NCBI RefSeq assembly: GCF_000015025.1
Contig: NC_008578.1
Span: 1,440,001 to 1,472,000, forward strand
Length of the DNA stretch: 32,000 bases
Source: Acidothermus cellulolyticus 11B
GTDB taxonomy: Bacteria > Actinomycetota > Actinomycetes > Acidothermales > Acidothermaceae
Direction of reading: 5' to 3'
Position numbers and translations under genes: made by a program. The notes under the pieces are model-generated. The model saw nothing but the letters and a program-made list of their open reading frames with translations. It had not been told where the DNA came from and searched no databases. Positions 19,132 to 25,671 of the stretch are shown in pieces; position 1 is the first letter of the stretch; every line of letters begins with the position of its first letter.

Positions 19132-19231
19132 GTCGCGGGATGGGCTGCCGGCCGGTCCGCCGGTCTGTCGGGCCGCTGCCGTGACCGACGCACCCGGACC
19201 GCGACGGCCAGCCGTGATGGGCCGCGTGGCG

Positions 19232-19891
19232 CTAGTCGACGGTTGCGGTCTCCCCGACACCGAGCTGGATGAACTGGTCACCGTATTCGAAATCCGCGCC
19301 GTACTGGACCGGCGGCTGACTCGGGTCCGAGCTAAGGACGGATACCAGCTTGAAGTAGGTGTCGAATATCTGGCCGGGACGGATCCCGCTGATGGTCTGC
19401 GTCGTGTTCGAGGCCACGTCGGTAATGGCAACCGTCACCGACGGCGTGTTCGGGTTAACGGCTATGAGCGTGAGTTTGAGCAGCTTCCCTGCCGTAGGCA
19501 GACCTGTCGGGGTCGGGAAGACGGTCACGGTCGGCACCGCGGTCGGCAACACGAGTGACGGCGTCGGGGACGGCGACGGCGAGGGCGCCGCACTCGTCGG
19601 AGGCGGTGGAACAACCAGGGGTTTGAACGGATTGTGCCCCACCGGGCCGTTGTAATTGGCCGGTACGGCGAGAGCGCTCGGGGTAGCCGCAGGCGTCACG
19701 CGCGCCGACGGTGACAAGTTGGTCGGCGGCTGACCAAGGGCGGTGCTAGACGATGATCCGCCTGAGCCCATCCGCAGGAGGTAGACGACGAGCGCGGCCG
19801 CGACGACGACCGCAAGTGCCGCAACGAGGAGGAGCTGGCGTCGGCGGGTCGCGTCGTTCGCTGCCGTTGAAGCGTGCATCGGTTGGGACAT
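19232..19891 (-). CDS. Membrane-anchored Pro/Ser/Thr-rich protein with a C-terminal beta-rich domain; positional and architectural PilP analogue (function unproven)
   Basis: Trimmed to ATG 19889-19891 (219 aa) with an AGGAG Shine-Dalgarno 6 nt upstream; the ORF-track start overlaps pilO. One N-terminal TM helix (LLLVAALAVVVAAALVVYLL), a P/S/T-rich linker of about 90 aa containing HNPFKP, then LKLTLIAV...ISGIRPGQIF...FKLVSV...IQLGVGE. It immediately follows pilO. Confidence 0.6.
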   Translation of the reverse strand: MSQPMHASTAANDATRRRQLLLVAALAVVVAAALVVYLLRMGSGGSSSSTALGQPPTNLSPSARVTPAATPSALAVPANYNGPVGHNPFKPLVVPPPPTSAAPSPSPSPTPSLVLPTAVPTVTVFPTPTGLPTAGKLLKLTLIAVNPNTPSVTVAITDVASNTTQTISGIRPGQIFDTYFKLVSVLSSDPSQPPVQYGADFEYGDQFIQLGVGETATVD

Positions 19892-19905
19892 CGGGTACTC
19901 CTGGT

Positions 19906-20700
19906 TTATCGCGTCGGCGTGGCGACCGGCGACGGAGCAACGGTGCTCACGGAAGTGGAGGGTGCTGGCGTCGACGACATGAAAATCACGGCTGAGATAT
20001 CTCCTTGGAGGGTCTGCCACGAGCCGGAGCCGACACCTCCGTTCGGGACGCTCACTCCCATTCCGCCCGGGGTTGGGAGCGTGCCGGGGTTTAGGGCGAT
20101 GCCCGTCACTAGGGTGGCCCGATCGGCGTGCTCAATTTTCACCAGGAACTGTTGAATAGCGAAGTAGTCGCCGACGACCGTGATTTTCACGGAGATTGTC
20201 TGGAGCTGTGCGGTCGAAACCCCGCTCGAGCCTGCGTTCGCACCGCCGCTGCCGGAATTAGAAACGCTTTGGTTGCCCGGCGCGCTTGTGGGCGTACTCG
20301 TCGGACTCGGCGTCGGAGCCGCGTTCGGAACGGCACCGGCACCGGGAGTGGGCGGCGCGACGGTCTGTGGCGGGCTGGGCGCCACCGAAACAAGTTCTAC
20401 GTGAGTGGCGGCCGCGGCGTTCGCGAGAAACCGCACGTACGCCGGCAGGCCGGGGTCGGACGGGAGCTTCCGCTGAATCGCGGCGATCCGCGCTTGCTCG
20501 GATGGCAGTGCTGTGCGCTGTGCTCGAAGCGTCCGGACCTGGCTCTGCAGCGCACTGTTGGACTGCACTTGCTGCTGGACTTGCGCGCGCAAATCAGCCG
20601 CATGCTTCTGCTGCGGTTTGATGAACAGCAGCCAACCCCCCAACACGACGGCCAGCACGCCGATAACGGCTGCCGCAATCCACGGGCGGACCTTTGCCAT
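19906..20700 (-). CDS. pilO: Type IV pilus alignment protein PilO-like, with a low-complexity insertion
   Basis: 264-aa ORF. N-terminal TM helix, Gln-rich coiled coil (LRAQVQQQVQSNSALQSQVRTLRAQ), LPAYVRFLANAA..VELVSV, and ISVKITVVGDYFAIQQFLVKIE, which resembles the PilO core. Position after pilN. Confidence 0.75.
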   Translation of the reverse strand: MAKVRPWIAAAVIGVLAVVLGGWLLFIKPQQKHAADLRAQVQQQVQSNSALQSQVRTLRAQRTALPSEQARIAAIQRKLPSDPGLPAYVRFLANAAAATHVELVSVAPSPPQTVAPPTPGAGAVPNAAPTPSPTSTPTSAPGNQSVSNSGSGGANAGSSGVSTAQLQTISVKITVVGDYFAIQQFLVKIEHADRATLVTGIALNPGTLPTPGGMGVSVPNGGVGSGSWQTLQGDISAVIFMSSTPAPSTSVSTVAPSPVATPTR

Positions 20701-20701
20701 C

Positions 20702-21367
20702 TCAACAACTCCCAGGATTCACGCACCGGCCGGAGAGGGCCGCCGGTGACAGCGCCGTCGATGCCTGATATTGGATGACTTTCACCGTTCCGATGAACGT
20801 CTCTTGCGCGGTACTAAAGTACGGTTGGACAATTCCGTGCGACGTCTCTTTCCCCAACGAATCGAGCAAGGTCGCCAGATCTGGCCACGCCTTTCCGTAG
20901 CCTTGCAGCGTCACCGACCCGACCGTCTGCGGCGCGGCATTCGGTGCGGCGAGAGTCCCCGGCTGCACATCTTCCTGCGCGTTGAGCTGAACGAGCCAGA
21001 CCGAATTGGGAACAATAACGCTGAAATCGGCCAGAAACGTGGACCACTGAATTTCGGTGGCCATCGCACGGCTCAGCAAAGCCTCCGACGCCGCAAGCTG
21101 TGCCGCCGTCGTGCGCACGTCACTCAGACGGCGAAGCTGCGCCGTGAGCTGCGTTTCCTGCTGCTGCTGATCGGCGAGCTGCTTCTTCGCCGTGTCAACC
21201 GCATGCCCTTGTTGCGTGTAAGCGAAAACCACTCCGACCAATGCGAGAGCGATGGCCGCACCGGCACCCGCCTGAGCCGCACGGACCCGCCGCCGTTCGT
21301 GCAGCTCCGGCGGCAGCAGATTGACCCGGGGCAAGTCACCGACACGGGTGGTTGTAGTCACACTCAT
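20702..21367 (-). CDS. pilN: Type IV pilus alignment protein PilN
   Basis: 221-aa ORF. The N-terminal RVNLLPPE motif is the PilN signature that binds PilM. It is followed by a TM helix and a coiled coil. ATGA overlap with pilM. Confidence 0.85.
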   Translation of the reverse strand: MSVTTTTRVGDLPRVNLLPPELHERRRVRAAQAGAGAAIALALVGVVFAYTQQGHAVDTAKKQLADQQQQETQLTAQLRRLSDVRTTAAQLAASEALLSRAMATEIQWSTFLADFSVIVPNSVWLVQLNAQEDVQPGTLAAPNAAPQTVGSVTLQGYGKAWPDLATLLDSLGKETSHGIVQPYFSTAQETFIGTVKVIQYQASTALSPAALSGRCVNPGSC

Positions 21368-22428
21368 GAAAGGCCTCCAACGGCAAGACCCATCGGCACC
21401 GGCACGAGCGGCTGGATATACGCCAGCTGTTCCTGCGACAATCCCGTCCGTCCTAGGCGGATCGTCGCAAAGGGGTTGACAGTGTCAACCGGCAAGCGGG
21501 TCGCAAATGCCAGCCGCTGCGCGAGATTCCGCAGACGTGATCCACCGCCCGTGAGGACGACACGGCGAATAGGAACCGCGCCGGGCGAGGCGAGGTAATA
21601 GTCCAGCGAGCCGCGTATCTCGTCCACAAATGACGCTGTTGCGTTCTCAATAGCGCGGGACGCTGGGTGAGCGTCGCGCTCCACCGCATTGAGCGGAACA
21701 CCAAAGCTGTACTTCAGCCGCTCCGCCTCATCGACCGGTACACCGAGCCGCTCGGCAATGCTGTCGGTGATATCCGCACCACCAATCAAGAGAATCCGGA
21801 CGAATTTTGGTACGCCGCCTTGATGCACCGCGATATTTGTGACCCGGGCTCCAACGTCGACAATCGCCTCTGCGTCCGATGCCATCCCCAGCTGTTCCTG
21901 ACCGACAACGGCACGGATCAGAGCGAAGGGTGTCAAGTCCACCGATGCTGGTTTTAGTCCGGCGCGGCGAACCGCTTCAACGGCGTTCGTAATCATCTCG
22001 CGGGCACCTGCAACAATCAACACACGCAAGGTCCGCGCGCCGGCTTCGTTCAGGTACTCTTCAACCGGATAGAAATCGAGAATCGCCTGCTCGACCGGCA
22101 TGGGCAGGAAGTCCGCCACCTGATACCCCAGCGACTTGCGCAGCTCGGCAAGCTCCATCCAGGGCAAGTCGACCTGCCGGACGACTACCCGTTGATTCGA
22201 CACACCAAGAGCCACCTTGCGGCTTTTGAAACCCACCTCGGACCACAATCGGCGCAGCGCCGCCGCGACGAGGTCCACGTCCGCGACTTCGCCGTCCCGC
22301 ACAGCGCCGACCGGTAGAGCTACTTGACCAAACCTGTCAATGCGCACCGAACCTCGTGCGATCGACGCCTCCACGCCCCGCACGCACGACGTTCCGATGT
22401 CGAGGCCCACAGGCGCCCGTCCAGCCAC
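21364..22428 (-). CDS. pilM: Type IV pilus assembly ATPase-fold (actin-like) protein PilM
   Basis: VGLDIGTSCVRGVEA...VALGVSNQRVVVRQVDLP...IVDVGARVTNIAV...VVLTGGGSRLRNL are actin/FtsA-like PilM motifs. Start set to GTG 22426-22428 because of a strong GGAGGGGAG Shine-Dalgarno 5-9 nt upstream. ATG 22452 and ATG 22497 are alternatives. Confidence 0.88.
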   Translation of the reverse strand: MAGRAPVGLDIGTSCVRGVEASIARGSVRIDRFGQVALPVGAVRDGEVADVDLVAAALRRLWSEVGFKSRKVALGVSNQRVVVRQVDLPWMELAELRKSLGYQVADFLPMPVEQAILDFYPVEEYLNEAGARTLRVLIVAGAREMITNAVEAVRRAGLKPASVDLTPFALIRAVVGQEQLGMASDAEAIVDVGARVTNIAVHQGGVPKFVRILLIGGADITDSIAERLGVPVDEAERLKYSFGVPLNAVERDAHPASRAIENATASFVDEIRGSLDYYLASPGAVPIRRVVLTGGGSRLRNLAQRLAFATRLPVDTVNPFATIRLGRTGLSQEQLAYIQPLVPVPMGLAVGGLS

Positions 22429-22525
22429 CTGATCTCCCCTCCGTCCCTGCATACCCGGTTGGTGGCATGCTCGACAAAGGGCATCGGTTGGGAGCAACGG
22501 AAGCTTGAGCGAATGGCGGACACCG

Positions 22526-22549
22526 ATGCCGTCATTCGGCGGACGGCAT
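22526..22549 (-). terminator. Weak hairpin downstream of pilD (8-bp stem, 8-nt loop)
   Basis: ATGCCGTC (22526-22533) pairs with GACGGCAT (22542-22549), about 65 nt after the pilD stop. Stems of this size are expected a few times per 32 kb by chance, so only the position is suggestive. Confidence 0.2.
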
Positions 22550-22613
22550 GCGTGGACAGTAGCAACCGCTAGGGGGAAGGAATCAGCGACGTCGGGCCGA
22601 GATGCGGAGGCTC

Positions 22614-23402
22614 TTAGGCAAGCATTCCCGTGTAGGCATGCACGATCGCTCCCCCGAAGAGGGCTGCCGCCAGTGCGCCGGCGACGAGTGCCGGCCCAAA
22701 GGCAATCGTGCTGTGTCTGGTCGCCCGGCGCCGGACAAGCGCACCGACAGCGGCGAGACCGCCGAGAAGGAACGCAAGAAACGCACCGACAAAGAGGATC
22801 CCGAGCCCGAGATAACCGAGGTAAAGTCCCAGGACTCCGGAAAGTTTGACATCACCGAAGCCCATGCCGCCCGGCTTGATCACCATAAGCAGGAAGAAGA
22901 AGCCGTACATCACGGCCATGCCAAGGAGAGCGAGCAGCATGCGCTCGGGGCGATGCCGCGTCACCGCCGCGACGCCAAGAAGCGCGGCGGCGACGGCGTA
23001 CGACGGTAGGGTCAGCCGATCCGGCAGCCGGTGGGTGTCGAGGTCGATGTACGCGAGCGCGACCCCAACCGCGCTCAGATACCAGAACGACGCCATCTCC
23101 CAACTGAGACCGAACCGCCACAGGCCGAGAATGAAGAGTCCCGCGGTCAGGGCTTCGACGAGCGGATACCGGACCGGGATGCGCGCACCGCAGCTGCGGC
23201 ACCGGCCGCGCAGCAGCAGCCAGCCGGCGATCGGCACATTGTCCCGCGGTCGAATCGCCTCGCCGCAGGAGATGCATCTCGACCGAGGGCGGATGATCGA
23301 TTCTCCCCGCGGCAGCCGCCAGATCACGACGTTGAGGAAAGAACCGACGATAGCGCCGAACGCCGCGGCGATGGCGAACTCAAGGGCGTGCGTCACGGTC
23401 AC
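22614..23402 (-). CDS. pilD: Prepilin peptidase (A24 family) with an N-terminal Cys-rich domain
   Basis: 262-aa polytopic membrane ORF with a GTG start. CISCG...CRSCG double CxxC motif. The two catalytic Asp motifs are YIDLDTHRLPD and GGMGFGDVKL. Confidence 0.93.
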   Translation of the reverse strand: MTVTHALEFAIAAAFGAIVGSFLNVVIWRLPRGESIIRPRSRCISCGEAIRPRDNVPIAGWLLLRGRCRSCGARIPVRYPLVEALTAGLFILGLWRFGLSWEMASFWYLSAVGVALAYIDLDTHRLPDRLTLPSYAVAAALLGVAAVTRHRPERMLLALLGMAVMYGFFFLLMVIKPGGMGFGDVKLSGVLGLYLGYLGLGILFVGAFLAFLLGGLAAVGALVRRRATRHSTIAFGPALVAGALAAALFGGAIVHAYTGMLA

Positions 23403-23427
23403 CTTGCTTCAGCTCGCTCGTCACCGT

Positions 23428-25056
23428 CTAGTTGCCGACTTCGCGGATATACACGACGTCAACGTGGTACGTCTGCGCCACGCTCAGCTTGGCCCCGGGG
23501 ACGCCAAGCGGCACATAGGTCAGGTTGAGCGTGTTGCGGGCGATGTTGAGCGTGCAGGCATACAGTTGGCCGGTCATCGTCACGGTGTTGTTCCCGCTGT
23601 AACCTCCGGGGGTGTACATGAGGGTGGTGAGCAGCGGATCAATGGTGAGATACGTATTCGTATTGATGCTCTGGTTCTGGTCGACACCACTGTTGGTGCA
23701 GCTCCCGTTGGTGTTGTTGACCCAGGGTACGATGATCCAGAGCTTGTGTGGCTTACCGTCGCCGGACTGAATGGTCACTTTCGAGAGCGTGAAGCTCGAG
23801 GCAAAAATCGCGGTATCCGCATAGACCTTTATCGTTGTCGAGTTTCCTGTCGTGCCAATACCGGTGCTCGAACAGCCGTCGGTGTAGGCGTTGAGGATAG
23901 TCGGTGTCGACGGCAGCACGAGCGGGCCGTTCAGTGAATACGAATCGCTGGTGATCGTGCACGCGTAGGTCGTTCCGCCGTTTTTCGGGAAGACCTGCGA
24001 CCACGACGGGGCGTTGGGCGCGTGTGTCGCCACCCAGGTCTGCCAGTCCACCATCGTGAACGTTTCACCGAGCCCGTTGTTCCAGTCGCTCAGATTGACC
24101 GGCCAGGTCACCACGGGCAGCGTGAGCTGGGGTGGGAGCGGCATCCCGGTGACGCCGGTGGAGACACCGCCCTTCCAGTTCGCGATCGGCAGCGACTTGC
24201 CGTCGGTAATCGTTAGGGTGCCGGCAAGGATGATGTCGCCGTTGATTTTCACCGTACTCTGCAGCTTGGCTCCACTGGTGCTCGAGCGGACCTGGCCGCC
24301 GATCGTCGGTGTACTGTCGGCGGTCACCGTGCTCGCCGCCCAGACGTCGCCTTGCACCACGCAACTGTTGGTCAAGTAAGCGGTGCCCTGCGTGTACACG
24401 CTTCCGGCGACGTTGGGGTTGCTGTTGCATTGGAAGTTGCCATTGGTGTAGACGTTCGCGGTCAGACTGCTCGTGCTGGTGACGGTCACCTGATTCGTCA
24501 TCTGCAAGTTGCTGTTGGAGAAAATCGCCTTGTCGAAGCCAAACGCGGCCATCGGCGCCGTACTTAACCGAAGCAGCGCCTCCATGGTCCGCGTTCCGCC
24601 GGAAGCCGATCCGTTGTAGCCGGCGGGTGAAGTTCCCGTGGAACGGATGAGCACGGACTGCGGGATCTGGGTCAAGCCACTGTTCGGCGAGCAGGGAATC
24701 ACCTGATTGGAGGCCGGCGGATACGACGCGTAATAGGTGAGAGTGACGGTGTACGACCCCCGGGATCCCAAGGTCTGACTCAGCTGGCAGGGCACTGTCG
24801 TACCGCTGGAGGCTTGCAACGTGGCGTACGCGACATCGATACCGGCCTCAGCTGCGTCGACGGATTGCACGCGCATCCGGTCCAGCGACGCACCCTGGGT
24901 ATTCACGATGACGGCACCGACAGCGAGGGTCGTCGCCGCCGCCACCATGAGAATCATCGCGAGGACGAGAATCATCGCAGCGCCGCTGTCCGGAGCTCCG
25001 TGGCGCCGCACCACCCGGCGAATGAGGCCGATCATCGTATTTCGTCCTTTCTCCAT
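23428..25056 (-). CDS. Large PilX-N-like pilus protein (candidate tip or minor subunit) with a beta-helix-like repeat region
   Basis: The N-terminus ...GAPDSGAAMILVLAMILMVAAATTLAVGAVIVNTQGASLDRMRVQSVDAAEAGIDVAYATL resembles the PilX N-terminal domain. There is no Glu at +5. The remaining roughly 450 aa are N/T/S/G-rich with 8 Cys. The ATG at 25054-25056 overlaps the upstream stop (TGATG). ATG 25035, with an AAGGA Shine-Dalgarno, is an equally good alternative start. Confidence 0.7.
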   Translation of the reverse strand: MEKGRNTMIGLIRRVVRRHGAPDSGAAMILVLAMILMVAAATTLAVGAVIVNTQGASLDRMRVQSVDAAEAGIDVAYATLQASSGTTVPCQLSQTLGSRGSYTVTLTYYASYPPASNQVIPCSPNSGLTQIPQSVLIRSTGTSPAGYNGSASGGTRTMEALLRLSTAPMAAFGFDKAIFSNSNLQMTNQVTVTSTSSLTANVYTNGNFQCNSNPNVAGSVYTQGTAYLTNSCVVQGDVWAASTVTADSTPTIGGQVRSSTSGAKLQSTVKINGDIILAGTLTITDGKSLPIANWKGGVSTGVTGMPLPPQLTLPVVTWPVNLSDWNNGLGETFTMVDWQTWVATHAPNAPSWSQVFPKNGGTTYACTITSDSYSLNGPLVLPSTPTILNAYTDGCSSTGIGTTGNSTTIKVYADTAIFASSFTLSKVTIQSGDGKPHKLWIIVPWVNNTNGSCTNSGVDQNQSINTNTYLTIDPLLTTLMYTPGGYSGNNTVTMTGQLYACTLNIARNTLNLTYVPLGVPGAKLSVAQTYHVDVVYIREVGN

Positions 25057-25670
25057 CAGCCCGGCGGAATCGGGAGGCACAGGTTAGGGCTATAGCCGTA
25101 AGACGTGTTACGCCCCGCTACCGACGCGGTAATTTCCGCCGGTTGTCCGCCATTCGCCCCGCCTCGGGCAAAGAAATGCAGATCGAGGAGCCGGCCGCCG
25201 TAACCTGCGGCACTGTTCAGCACAAAAGGCGCCTGATTGGGTTTCGTAATATCGTTCACGATATTAATCGCTACGGTCTGCCATTGACTGACCCGGCCGT
25301 CGAGCAGGTACGTCGTCGACCAGCTGCGGGTCTCCAAGGCTTGCGCGGCAACGTCGTACCGCCACTCCACACACTGCTCAATCCCGTTCGCTTGCGTGTA
25401 CACAAGAACGATGGGATTACCCTTGGCGTCGGTGCTGGGGTTGTACAGGACGTTCCCGGACCGCACTTGTCGTTCGATATCCCAGACGGCGAGCCTCACC
25501 TGATCATTAGCGGTTCCGCGCTGCGTCTCGGCCGTGGTATTCCGAATCATCATCATGTAGAGCGCAATGCTGATGACAATGAGGATGCTGAAGACCGCCA
25601 TCGAGACAAGCATCTCGACGAGCGTGAGACCGGCTTCCCGATCCCGCGGTAGACGTTCCCGACTCCTCAT
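25056..25670 (-). CDS. Minor pilin with a prepilin-type N-terminal cleavage/methylation motif (PilW-like)
   Basis: Trimmed to ATG 25668-25670 (204 aa), 1 nt after the upstream stop. Class III signal MRSRERLPRDREAG/LTLVEMLVSMAVFSILIV with Glu at +5. Two Cys in the globular part. Confidence 0.78.
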   Translation of the reverse strand: MRSRERLPRDREAGLTLVEMLVSMAVFSILIVISIALYMMMIRNTTAETQRGTANDQVRLAVWDIERQVRSGNVLYNPSTDAKGNPIVLVYTQANGIEQCVEWRYDVAAQALETRSWSTTYLLDGRVSQWQTVAINIVNDITKPNQAPFVLNSAAGYGGRLLDLHFFARGGANGGQPAEITASVAGRNTSYGYSPNLCLPIPPG

Positions 25671-25671
25671 G

